A stretch of 64,000 bases of DNA from Emiliania huxleyi CCMP1516 (taxonomy: Eukaryota): the NCBI RefSeq assembly GCF_000372725.1, contig NW_005201792.1, forward strand, positions 685,440 to 749,439. Reading direction: 5' to 3'. Each line of letters starts with the position of its first letter. Position 1 is the stretch's first letter. Shown here one piece after another: positions 10,619 through 20,794 of the stretch. The position numbers and the translations under genes were made by a program. The notes beneath the pieces are model-generated. The model had not been told where the DNA came from. It worked only from the letters and a program-made list of their open reading frames with translations, and did no database searches.

Positions 10619-13600
10619 TCACTGACGGGCCCGAGAGTTGGTGGCGTACGCGATGCTCTTGTTGAGCTTGGCGGCGCCGAGCCACTTGGTGAGAAAGTCG
10701 GCGGGCATGGCGGCGTCGGGGACCTTGATGACGGTGCACTCCCCCTCGCTCATGCGCCGCTGCAGCGTTAGGTATCGGCGCAGGAAGTGGCGGCAGCGCG
10801 CGGCCGACGCGGTGTTGTTCGCGACGAGGACGTTCGCCTTGTTGTCGGACAGTATCGCGGTCGGTCGCGCTGGCGCGGCGCCAAGGGCGCACAGGACCTG
10901 CCGCGCGTAGGCGACGTGCTCACCGGCCTTTGCGGTGGCGATTGCCTCGCTCTCGTGCGAAGAATCGACAATGAGGCCGATCTTCTTGGTGCAGGTGTAG
11001 ACGGCGCCTCCACGGTACGTGAGGAGGATACCGTAGATGTTGCGGTCGGCGGAGCGCTCCGTTGGGGAGGCACACCACGAGGCGTCGCCGGAGGCGGCGA
11101 GCTCGGCGGGCGCACTGGCAGCGTCAAGGCCTAGGATGTGGCCGTGCATGCAGCCTTCAAGCTCGTCGCTGGCGAACTGCCCGCCGTACGTGATGCCGTC
11201 GTCCTTGTGCGCGTACGCGGTGTAGAGGGCGGCGCGCGCGACCTCGTACGCGGCGGGCGGCGGCGCGGACATAACGCACGAGAGGCGGTGCAGTATGAGC
11301 GAGAGCCGCGGCTGGACGCGCTCAACAAATTTGAGGTGGCCGATGATGCTTTGGGTCCAGACCTGCTGCGGCGTGAGTTTCACCCCGCGGTCGGCGAGCT
11401 GCAGCGTGTCGGCGGCGTCGGTGAGGCGCTTGCCGCTGAGGACGGTCGGTCGGTCGCCGCGGAGGAGCTCGGGCATGTGCTCGCGTGCGGCTTCGACAAT
11501 CTTCTGCGGCATGGACAGCGTGAGGGTACGGCGGTCACGGTCGCGATCGATCTTGAGGCCCGCGAAGGAGGTCGGCGAGTCGTCGACTTTGACCTCACCG
11601 TTGAACGCCTCCTTGAGCGCGGCGATGGTGGCGTTGGTGGTCGCGGCTCCGCCGACCTCAGAGATCATGAAGTCGTCGACGATCGTGATCATGCGCGCCT
11701 CTCCGTGCTCGCCGTGGAAGTAGAACATTGCGGGGACTCCGGGGCAGGGGACCCATCCGAGGCGCTCGATGATTTTGTTGAAAGTGCACTCCCACTCGTA
11801 GCCGGCGCACTCCTCGCCCCAGAGTGGTGTGTGGAGCGCGATGCAGAGCTCGGTGCCGTCCTCGTCGAACATGGGCAGTGTGGACGGGAGCGCCATGTAC
11901 CCAATCGCGCCCTGGCGCTCGCCCTTGATGTAGGCGTTGCCGACGTCACCTTTGGTGAGGGTGGCATCGACGGCGGCGGCGTGGGCGAGGAACAGCTTGG
12001 CGGTCATGTCATCGACGACGGTCGAGGTGGCGGGGACAGGGTTCGGCGGTAGGCCTGACCTCTGCCGCTGCACCCTGGCGAACCCGCCGTCAGCGCTGTG
12101 CCTCGACTTGAAGGGGTCGTTTTTGTCGAGGCATCCGGTCGCCTGGTCGATTTTGATCTTGCGCGCCGTAACGCAGCGCTGGATCGGGACACCTTTGCTC
12201 GCGGGTACGGTGATGTTCACGAGGCGGTTGCCGGGCCCATTGAGGATACAGTCGAGGGCCTTCCGGTCGGCGCTCATCCACTGCTCGCTCTCGGTCGAGT
12301 CCCGCACCTCCCTTTTGTTGGCGGGCACCCGGAAGACTTGCTTTCCGAGTGGCGTGGCGACGTCGACGTCTCGCTGCGTCGCCTTGGCGCACTCGTAGGC
12401 CTCGTACGCGCTACCGTCGTACGATGTTGCCGCTGCGCAAGAGGTGAGGAGTAGGCGCCGGGCGTCGAGCTCGTCGGCGGAGCTGCACTCGAAGCGGCTC
12501 GCGGCGTCGCCAAGCGTGGCGTAGAGGACTGTGTTGAAGACCTCGACGTGGGCGTCGCAGGTGGAGGCTTCGAGCGCGCCCTCGGTGGCTGCAACGGCGG
12601 CGGTGAGGGCCCTGTTGGCGCGTGTTTGCGCGCGCGTGGCAGGCCCGCTGGGCCTTGGCGATGCGGGGGCCTCGGCAGGCTGTGGTGGCGACGGCGGCGA
12701 CGACTGCGGCGGTGGCGGCTGGTCTGGCGGCGGCGACGCCGGGTCGGCTGGCTGCTGCTGGTCGGCGCTCTGCGGCGGCGATACGACATGCCACTTGCGA
12801 GTCGTCGTCTCGAAGGGGTGCCACGTCGGCGTGTCGTCGGCATATCCGTCGTAGAGGACGCGCCAGTAGCGCTTGCCGCTCCTCTCAGCGAAGTCGTCGA
12901 TGGTGCCGAGGTAGTCGCTGGTGGTGTTGCTCTTTGCGTCACCCCAGACAACAGAGACGCGTGTGCCCTTCGGGAGCGAGAGGGTCGGCGGCGCTGGGCG
13001 CGGTACTCTAGGCACTGGCGGCGGCGGCGTGAGCTCGGTGCCTGGCGGTGGCGTCTGGGTCGCCGCATCGGCGAGTGTCGCTCCGGAGGCAGCCCCGCGG
13101 CGCACGAGCACTGCCTCGTTGAGGGGGTACACGTGCCGTGGCCGTCCTACGCCGCCCCGCTTCTTGTGGACAAGGTACGACGCTCCGTCAAAACCAACGA
13201 GGGTGCCCTCGACGGCGCGTGGCCTTTCGAGGCTGCCTTTTGGGCCGCGGGCTGGCTCATCCTCGTGGTAGCTGACTTCGGTGCCAAAGAGGTACGGCAG
13301 GCGGTCGGCGTCGAAGGAGGGGATCAAGCCGTAGTAGCGCTGGTACCGCGACTCCTTCTGCCCCTCGACTGGGCGTCGGTTGACGACATATTGAGCGTAG
13401 ACTCGAGCAGGGATGAGGTACGACGTCTTAAGCTCGGCGCGCTGGAGGGATGCCTCGGCGACGCGCGTGAGGACGTCGTTGTTCACCTCGGCGGTGCCGA
13501 CTCCCTCGTGGTGTCCTGGTGGGGCGATCCGTACCGAGACGCCGAACTCCGCCTCACACCATTCTTTCACTGAGACGAGGTCGGTGCCGGAGTCAAAGAT

Positions 13601-16600
13601 GAACACCTTTGGCGTGTGGCCAGCAGCCTTGGCGTCGTTGTAGACGTTCCGGATGAATGGCTTCCAGTCGTCGCCGGTGTGCCTGGTGTTACTGCTGGTG
13701 TACCCGAAGGAGGAGTATTGACAGACGCCGTGGAACTGGTATGTGTGGTTGTTCAACGGCGACGGCGCGGCGTGTGGGCCCCAGCCGTCAAAAACAAAAG
13801 TGTGGCCGGGCCTCGGCGCACGCTCCGTCGCGGCGATCGCACGTTGGACGGGCCGGCGGCGGGACTGCTGGAGCCGTAGGTGCGCGTTGTTGTCGATGAC
13901 TTCGGCGGCCGCCTTGCTGATCGTGTCGATGCCAATCCCGCGAGTTGCTCTCGAGGCGCGCAGGGTTCCCTTGGCGTCGGTGGCCATGCGCGCAGCCCAG
14001 AGTGCGGCGTTGTCGTCGACGCGGATCCGCGCGGCGCTCACCTCTCGCTCTGCGGGGACCGGCTGGAGCATGACCGTGACGAAGTAGAGTCCGTTTCGTT
14101 CGACGATCGGGTCTACCTCCCCGTCGGGCCAGATCATGATCTTCTCTGTTTTGATCACGTTGACGCCAAGCTCGTTGGCGAGGAAGCTCTCGGAGACGAC
14201 GGAGCGCCGCACCTCAGACGAGAAGCAGGCGTCGGTCATGTCGAAGCTCCTGCTGGACGCGAGGATCGCTCTCGCGCTGATGGTCTGGCTCGTGGTGACA
14301 TTGGCAGCGGGGTCGGCGTTGATGCCTAAGATGCTCCGGTGGCTGTCCCGAAGGCTGTATGCGTGTGCGTCGGCGACGATGTCGGCGTAGCGGACAGTGC
14401 CGCGCTCGCCGGCGGCGGAGTGCTTGAACATGAGGGCGTTAGAGCCGCCGTCTATCTGCAGCTCGACGGATATAGCGCCCGGTGGTGCCCAGGAAGGTCG
14501 TGGGTGGGCTTGAAGGCGGCCGCCCCGAGCGCCCCAAACAGACTCAGTCCTCTGGATTCCGGTGAACTCTCCGGTGGAGGCTTCGAGTAATTCTCGGACA
14601 ACGGCGGCCGTCTGCTCTGCGGTGGCCATCTGGACGATCTCGGCTGGCCAGGCGGTGAGGGCGGTGACGACAGCGGCAAGCTTGCAGATGGCGCACGCTC
14701 CGGCTATCCACGTCAGGCACGAGGTGGAGACGGCGACGATGAGCAGGCGGCCGAAATTGGCAGTAGCCCGTACGGCTGGGGGTAGGTAGCCGCCGAGGCA
14801 GCGTAGGTGCGCGACGGCGAGGTTGGTGCCACGGCCGACTGTGTGGGGCGCGTAGGCTGCGACGACTGCCCACGCGACAGCGGTGGCGAGCCTGGCGGCG
14901 TACGCTCCCCACGACCCAAAGGTGCAAGCGGCAAGGGCGAGGAAAAGGGCGATGGTGGCAACCCCGGCGCCACCACAGAAGCCAGCAAACGCCGCGCGCT
15001 CGCTTTGTGCCCGGGCATCTGCAGCGGCAGCGGCAGCGACGGCAGCGGTAGCGGCATATTCGAGGCGCGCCTTGATCTCTTCGCTCTGTGCACAGACGAG
15101 GTCGCGCAGGTACTCGTCGGTGCGCGCCTTGTCGGCGGCGGCGTCGGCGGGAGAGTACTGCTCGGCAACGTCGCAGTAGACGTCGCGCGCCTCGGCAGCG
15201 GAGGTCTCGAGCGCTGCGCCTTCGCCGCTTGGCGAGAGAAAGAGCTCACCAAAGTCGCCGTACAGTACGTCATCTTCGGCGTCTGGCTCCTCGCGCGCGT
15301 GCGTCTGCCCCTCGGCGCCGTGCGTCTCGAGCTCTGCTGCGCTCGTCTCCTTGGTGATGCCGCGTTGTTTAGCGTTTGCGGCGACAAGGAAGGCGCGGAG
15401 GTAGCCTGGGAGCTTGCCTTGCGGGCAGAGGATGGTCTTGGGCACGTCCTTCCCGCTGGTGACGACGCAGCCCTCACCATTCTTGCCACGGACGCCTGGG
15501 CAGGCCTTGGCGATGACTTTGATTTTTGGGTCATCGCTGAGCGCGGCGACGCACTTCGGACAGCGCCGGGGGCAGGCACTGCCACCGCCTGCGTGCCCGC
15601 CCGGGCAGAGCTTCTCGCCACCGACTGGGCAGGGCCGGACGTTGAGCTGCTCGGGAAGCCGCGCCTTCCGGCGGGCGGCCTCTGCTGCTGCTGCCTCGAG
15701 GGCGCGCTGCTCGGCTGCTTCTGCGTTGCGCGCGCTCTGCTCCTCTGCAGCACTAGCTTCGAGCCCCCCGCTCTCTTGGCCCAGAAGCAGGCGCGCGATG
15801 TTGTCGATGAGCGCCTCGCGGCTGGTCCACGGCTGCACTGAGTGCCCGTCCTGCCAGCGGTCGATCTCGCGCCTGAGGCTCTTCTGGTCGTCCTTGAGCG
15901 CGGACGGCATCTTGTCGATGATCGCGTGCCACGTGTCGATCGGGCCAGTGAAAAGGCCAGGTACGGACTCGAACTGCTTGATGAGACGCAGGCCGTTCTC
16001 CCGCGTCTTGGCCAGGTCCATGCCCATCGTGAAGAAGACCGCGTTGTTGAACTCCTTTTTGGCGATCTTGGCCTCGGCACTCCCGTGGGTGATCTGGTAG
16101 AGTTTCGCGATCTGCTCCATGAGGTAGACACCGTCGTACAGCAGGCGGGGGTCGCCCTCATACCGCTGGCGGAACGCGGCGACATGAGCGGAGTCGCCGT
16201 CGAGGCAGGTGTCGATGAACTTGGCGATGTACGCGTTCGCCTCGCCGAGCTCCGTGTCGCCCTGCATCGCTGCGCCGATGGTGTACGTTGTGTGCCCGAG
16301 CGCCTCGCGTATCTTCGGATGCTTCCGCGACAAGTCGCGATGGAATCTGGAGAGCAGCGCGGGTAGCGCGTCGCGACGCAGCCCTGCGACGTGCTTGAGG
16401 GCGGCAACCTCAGGCGTCGACGCGTCCTTGACCTTTGAGATGGGCTCGGGCGCGTTGGCTGGGGCGGTCGGCGCGGGGGGCATGGACCCGCCCGGCACTG
16501 CGCTTGACGGTGCTGGCTGGCAGTAACTCCCTGCGGCTGGCGGCGCTGCCATGTGGCATCCGGGTATCCACGCTGGCGCGGCCCAAGCGGCTTGCGGTAC

Positions 16601-17314
16601 TGCATTAGGCAGGGTCCAGGCTGCTTGCGGGGGCAGCCCTGTTGGGCCCCCGCCGTTGGGCATCGCAAAGCTTGGGTAGCAGGGCGCGTGAGCAGCGCCT
16701 CCGCAGGCGTGGTACGCGTTGCCAGGCGGCAGGATGCCAGGCGGCAGGAACCCTGGGTACCCTGGTGGCATGCCCAGTCCAGGCAGGTGGGCCATCTGTG
16801 GCGTCGGGGGCTGCTGCCGCCACAGTGCATCGTGCGTTGTTGCTTGCGGTGCTGCTGCTGGCGTGCTGCCAAACCCGGTGCCGCAGGAGGCGCTGCTGCC
16901 CTGGCGTGCCGGCAGAATGCCCAGCGGAGGCTGCTGCGCAAAGGTGGGCATCCAATACTGCTGCTGCGCCACCATACCTGGGATGGCACAGGAGCCCAGG
17001 TTGTATTGCGGCAAAGGCTGGCCACAGCCATACGCTGTGGCTGCTGCGGGCTGCGGCATCGCTCCGACTGGGGCGATGCCCGGGATAAGGGGATTTCCCT
17101 GGTGTTGTGCTGCTCGCTCAGGCACCGCCCACTGACCATGTTGGTCGACGGTGGGTGTATGCTGTTGAGCGTGCGGCTGCGCTGGATCGTTTGTAGCTGA
17201 GCTACCATGCACAAGACCCGCACCCGCTCCCACTCCGGCGTGGGGAGTGCCAGGCGGGGCGGCGAGCGGAGATGGAGAGGGCGGTCGAACAATACGCAGG
17301 TTCCCAAAACACAC
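10619..17314 (-). CDS. Copia Gag-Pol polyprotein with predicted TM segments and a Tudor-like domain
   Basis: Protease IDGGS; integrase FVFDGWG/FIFDSG/TAEVNN; RT GDVGNAY/TIVDDF; RNase H GDASW/SSHESE/SDNKA/ADFLTK. No internal stops. True start uncertain. Confidence 0.95.
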   Translation of the reverse strand: MCFGNLRIVRPPSPSPLAAPPGTPHAGVGAGAGLVHGSSATNDPAQPHAQQHTPTVDQHGQWAVPERAAQHQGNPLIPGIAPVGAMPQPAAATAYGCGQPLPQYNLGSCAIPGMVAQQQYWMPTFAQQPPLGILPARQGSSASCGTGFGSTPAAAPQATTHDALWRQQPPTPQMAHLPGLGMPPGYPGFLPPGILPPGNAYHACGGAAHAPCYPSFAMPNGGGPTGLPPQAAWTLPNAVPQAAWAAPAWIPGCHMAAPPAAGSYCQPAPSSAVPGGSMPPAPTAPANAPEPISKVKDASTPEVAALKHVAGLRRDALPALLSRFHRDLSRKHPKIREALGHTTYTIGAAMQGDTELGEANAYIAKFIDTCLDGDSAHVAAFRQRYEGDPRLLYDGVYLMEQIAKLYQITHGSAEAKIAKKEFNNAVFFTMGMDLAKTRENGLRLIKQFESVPGLFTGPIDTWHAIIDKMPSALKDDQKSLRREIDRWQDGHSVQPWTSREALIDNIARLLLGQESGGLEASAAEEQSARNAEAAEQRALEAAAAEAARRKARLPEQLNVRPCPVGGEKLCPGGHAGGGSACPRRCPKCVAALSDDPKIKVIAKACPGVRGKNGEGCVVTSGKDVPKTILCPQGKLPGYLRAFLVAANAKQRGITKETSAAELETHGAEGQTHAREEPDAEDDVLYGDFGELFLSPSGEGAALETSAAEARDVYCDVAEQYSPADAAADKARTDEYLRDLVCAQSEEIKARLEYAATAAVAAAAAADARAQSERAAFAGFCGGAGVATIALFLALAACTFGSWGAYAARLATAVAWAVVAAYAPHTVGRGTNLAVAHLRCLGGYLPPAVRATANFGRLLIVAVSTSCLTWIAGACAICKLAAVVTALTAWPAEIVQMATAEQTAAVVRELLEASTGEFTGIQRTESVWGARGGRLQAHPRPSWAPPGAISVELQIDGGSNALMFKHSAAGERGTVRYADIVADAHAYSLRDSHRSILGINADPAANVTTSQTISARAILASSRSFDMTDACFSSEVRRSVVSESFLANELGVNVIKTEKIMIWPDGEVDPIVERNGLYFVTVMLQPVPAEREVSAARIRVDDNAALWAARMATDAKGTLRASRATRGIGIDTISKAAAEVIDNNAHLRLQQSRRRPVQRAIAATERAPRPGHTFVFDGWGPHAAPSPLNNHTYQFHGVCQYSSFGYTSSNTRHTGDDWKPFIRNVYNDAKAAGHTPKVFIFDSGTDLVSVKEWCEAEFGVSVRIAPPGHHEGVGTAEVNNDVLTRVAEASLQRAELKTSYLIPARVYAQYVVNRRPVEGQKESRYQRYYGLIPSFDADRLPYLFGTEVSYHEDEPARGPKGSLERPRAVEGTLVGFDGASYLVHKKRGGVGRPRHVYPLNEAVLVRRGAASGATLADAATQTPPPGTELTPPPPVPRVPRPAPPTLSLPKGTRVSVVWGDAKSNTTSDYLGTIDDFAERSGKRYWRVLYDGYADDTPTWHPFETTTRKWHVVSPPQSADQQQPADPASPPPDQPPPPQSSPPSPPQPAEAPASPRPSGPATRAQTRANRALTAAVAATEGALEASTCDAHVEVFNTVLYATLGDAASRFECSSADELDARRLLLTSCAAATSYDGSAYEAYECAKATQRDVDVATPLGKQVFRVPANKREVRDSTESEQWMSADRKALDCILNGPGNRLVNITVPASKGVPIQRCVTARKIKIDQATGCLDKNDPFKSRHSADGGFARVQRQRSGLPPNPVPATSTVVDDMTAKLFLAHAAAVDATLTKGDVGNAYIKGERQGAIGYMALPSTLPMFDEDGTELCIALHTPLWGEECAGYEWECTFNKIIERLGWVPCPGVPAMFYFHGEHGEARMITIVDDFMISEVGGAATTNATIAALKEAFNGEVKVDDSPTSFAGLKIDRDRDRRTLTLSMPQKIVEAAREHMPELLRGDRPTVLSGKRLTDAADTLQLADRGVKLTPQQVWTQSIIGHLKFVERVQPRLSLILHRLSCVMSAPPPAAYEVARAALYTAYAHKDDGITYGGQFASDELEGCMHGHILGLDAASAPAELAASGDASWCASPTERSADRNIYGILLTYRGGAVYTCTKKIGLIVDSSHESEAIATAKAGEHVAYARQVLCALGAAPARPTAILSDNKANVLVANNTASAARCRHFLRRYLTLQRRMSEGECTVIKVPDAAMPADFLTKWLGAAKLNKSIAYATNSRARQ
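17195..17207 (-). other. Primer-binding site (tRNA-iMet type)
   Basis: TGGTAGCTCAGCT directly after the 5' LTR, complementary to a ...GCUACCA tRNA 3' end as in initiator Met tRNA. Confidence 0.75.
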
Positions 17315-17415
17315 GGAACGAAGGGACGCACGGACTAATTGATATACGAAACTAATCGGCGGTTATTATTAGCAACGGAGCGCGTGAATGGGCTACCCGT
17401 AGTGGGGTAGGCGCA
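17208..17415 (-). repeat. 5' LTR (208 bp, internally deleted)
   Basis: Differs from the 3' LTR by 2 substitutions and by 62-bp and 7-bp deletions. Confidence 0.95.
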
Positions 17416-17712
17416 TTAATTTTTTCTGCGGTATGTCGTGCGAGCGACACAGACGGAAGTAGAGCCGAGAGCGAGACGCAGCGACGGGGGAGGGGGGGGG
17501 CGTGCCCCCCGCCGCGCGCCGCCGCGCGCTGCGGCCCTTGGGTCTCAGTCTCAGACTCAGCGGTCGTGGGTGTGCCATGGGGTGTGCGGCTGTGCCGTTC
17601 TTGCGTAGTGCGTGGTGGCTGCAGGCTGGTGCACGTAGTGCGGCCCGCCGCGCGGGGGTCTGCGGGAGTGCGGCCGCGCCGCGCGCGTGGAGCTGCACCC
17701 CCGGTAGGCGGG

Positions 17713-17896
17713 TAGGGTTGCCTAACGTTAGGAGCTGAACAGTGTTGCTAGTGTTAACAGTAACAACAGAACAACAGTGGGGCTCCCCAACAACAGTAGC
17801 TAACGTTAGTTAGGCCGACAATAGCGCAACCCCGTGTAGCGTGTTAGAGGCCGCCCATCAAATATTAAAACGCGGTTAGACTTAGAGGCAACCCTA
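17713..17896. mobile_element. Putative hAT-type MITE
   Basis: TIRs TAGGGTTGCCT / AGGCAACCCTA and two internal CTAACGTTAG palindromes; no clean 8-bp TSD. Confidence 0.5.
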
Positions 17897-18116
17897 CCCC
17901 CCGGCCCCCGGCCCCCCCACACTTGCCACACACACACATACGATACGCACAAGCCACAACCGGCGCGTCGAGAACGTCCAACGTGAGATTGCGTGAACGT
18001 CTCATTAGAAAAGCTCTTCAAGTTTCAACCCGAGCACCTTCTCTCTAATACTCTCAAAAACACATGCCATGTAACCACGTGTACGTCAGTACGTGTGGCG
18101 CGCGAGATTATTGCGG

Positions 18117-20794
18117 CTACTCGTGGCCGTTCGCTGCGGCCGCGGCTGATGGTCTGATCAGCTCTGCCAGCTGGCCCCGCATCGCCTCGTAAAACTTGTG
18201 GTACGTCATGAGGTCGCCCTGCCCGCGCCGCCAGTCGACCAGGTGGAGGCCCGGCGCGATTGCAAACACCTGGATCGTGCAGCCGAGCGGGCCGCGCTCG
18301 CTCTCGGTCGCAACCTTGATCTTGAAGGAGCGCGCCACAACCTTGTGCGGCACTCGCGCCGCGTCGAGCACCTGCACCAGCCTCGCGAGGATAGCGTCCG
18401 CGGGCGCGTCGGAGTGGAAGCGCGTGTGCCGCTTGACCAGCCCGCTGCCCTGGTCCAGCCGCGGCGTGAGGCGCGGCGTGAGGTCGAGCGCGCCGCACAT
18501 GGCGATGAGCTCGAACGCGTTCATGTGCGGCGGCGCTGCCTCCGCCGCCGCCTGCGCCGCCCCCGGCTGCGCCTCCTCCGCCAGCGCGTCGTCGTCGACC
18601 TCTTCGAACGAGTTGGCCGCCACGAGCGCGAGGGCGGGGCCCGGCTCGGACGCCTCGTCGGCGATGCCGCCGCCCTCGGCGAACCAGGCAGACTGCTTGA
18701 TCTTTGCGATGGACGCCCTCTTGTCGGGGGAAGGGACGAGGATGGAGGTGAGCAGGCAGCGGACCGGGGGCGAGAACCAGGCGGGGAAGGAGTAGTCGGC
18801 GCGGACGATGCGCCGGAAGAGAGCCGCCATCGTGGGCTCCTGGAGAGAGAGAGGGAGAGGGCCGGGGACGGGGGAGGGGGGGTGTGGGGAGGGGGGGGTG
18901 GGGGGGGGGAGGGTGGCGACGGGGGTTCTGCTCTGAGGCTGCGCCGGGAGGCACGGGGCGAGGCTGTGGGCAGGCGGGGAGGCGGCGGGGGCGGCGGGCA
19001 GGGCGGGGGGCGGTAGGGGCGGCGGGATAGGGGCAGGGGGCGTGGGGAGAGGGGCAGGGGGCGGCGGGAGAGGGGCAGGGGGCGGGGAAGGGGCCCCGCG
19101 CACGTCGAACGGGAGGAAGCCCGCAAGGAGGACGTACCTGCAGAAATTAATAACAGTAATTAATAATGATTGCAAGGAGGACGTACCTGTGCGTCGAGGT
19201 GGGGAGGTGCGAGCAGTCGAGTGTGCCGCGTCGAGGGGTGAGACGCGACTCTTCAACTATTCCTCTTCAGCGCTGCTCACGGCAGGGGGGGCGGCGAGGG
19301 CGGCGAGGACACGGCCCCAGAGCCACATCTCGGCTGATCTCGGCGCACAGAATGACGCCGCACGACCAGACGTCCGCCAGGAAGCCGTCGTAGCCGTGGT
19401 CAGCGAGCACCTGAGGTGTTGTTCAATGATGTATTATTACAGCAACCGTCGCACAGCTTAGCCGTCGTACCCGTGGCGAGCGAGCACCTAGCGGCCGCCC
19501 GGGCACGTCTGGGACGCGTCCCTCTTCGGCTCTCGGGCGGTGCGAGCGCCCGTCGCGGGCGGGGCGGAGGGGGCGGAGGGGGCGGAGGGGGCAGAGGGGG
19601 CAGAGGGGCGGGGCGGAGGGGCGGGGCGGAGCCTCAGGCGCAACGTAGTTTGGCGTGCCGCAAGTGGTGTGCAGCAGCGTGCTCGAGCCTGCTCACACAC
19701 AAGGCCGCCGTCAGCCAGCCCGCCGCTCCCTGGGGCTGTCCCCCTCGCCGCAGCGCCGCGCCGAGCCCCTCGCAGCCGTAGAGGGCCGAGAGCCCAAAGT
19801 CCGAGATCTTGAGCACGGCGTGCTCGTCGAGGAGCAAGTTCTCCTACTTAAAATTAATTAACTATTAGTATTATTAACAATAATGGCGTGCTCGTCGAGG
19901 AGCAAGTTCTCCTACAGCGGAGAGGGCACGGGCTCGGCCGCAAGCGGCCGCTCGGCCGACCACTCAGGCAGCAGCTGCGCCGGCTTGAGGTCGCGGTGGC
20001 AGACGCCTTGCCGGTGGCAGTACTCGACTCCTGCAGCAGGACTTGCCGAGGCTGAGGGCAGGGTGCAGGGCCGCACTCTGCCGGCGGCAAGCCCTCGCGC
20101 CGCAGATCAGCTGGCGAAAGTAGGCGCGCGCGGTGGGCTCGTCGAACCGGCCGGTGGAGACGATCTTGTCGAAGAGCTCGCCGCCCGTGACGAGCTCGAG
20201 GACGATGAAGATGCGGGTGCGCGAGGCGAGCACCTGCGGCGCGGCGGCTGGTGGTCGTGGGATGCGGCGAGGGAAGCCGAGAGAAGGCAAGAGAAGGCGA
20301 GAGAAGGCGGCGACGGCAGCGGTGGCAGCGGCGGCAGCGCTGCTGGTGGCGGCGCTGGCGGTGGTGGCACTAATGGCGGACGCTGCGGCAAAGCGTCGGC
20401 GTCAGCAGGCAGAGAGGGCGCGATGGGCGAGCCTCGATCAAGTTGACGACGTGCCGCTGCTTGACCATCTTCATCACGGCAATCTCCTTTTTGATTTGCT
20501 CGCCCATCGCTTGCTTCGCCACCTGCGCCATGGGCAGTGGCTCGGGAAGCATCGAAGGGCGACGAGCAGATCGGCGCTTTCAAGCTTGCGCCTTCTCCTT
20601 GTCGAGAATCTTGATCGCCACCTTCTCTCCGGTCTCAGTGTTGACTGCAAACTTTACCCTGTTGATGGGCGGGCGTGGCTCTCAGAGGATTCTCGCGGTC
20701 TGCACCGTGGTGGTGGCCGGGCGAGAGCGCACTTGCCAAATGTGCCCTCGCCAAGAGTTCTTCCAATCTCGTACTTGCCGACCCGCTTCACCAT
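18117..20794 (-). CDS. CIPK: CBL-interacting protein kinase (SnRK3/CIPK) with NAF domain (multi-exon)
   Basis: MVKRVGKYEIGRTLGEGTFGK, LELVTGGELFDKIV, HRDLKP, DFGLSAL, DVWSCGVILY, and C-terminal MNAFELI. Confidence 0.93.

Larger units (their letters stand above)
10217..17415 (-). mobile_element. Full-length Ty1/Copia LTR retrotransposon
   Basis: TG..CA LTRs, 5-bp TSD TTAAT (10212-10216 and 17416-17420), PBS, PPT, and a single ORF in Gag-PR-IN-RT-RH order. Confidence 0.97.

Noticed and set aside
17190..17207. tRNA gene
   Set aside because: Only a short 3'-end match (the PBS); no cloverleaf.
14713..17331. 872-aa alternative-frame ORF overlapping gag
   Set aside because: Arg/Ser/Pro-rich shadow frame typical of GC-rich coding DNA, with no motifs.
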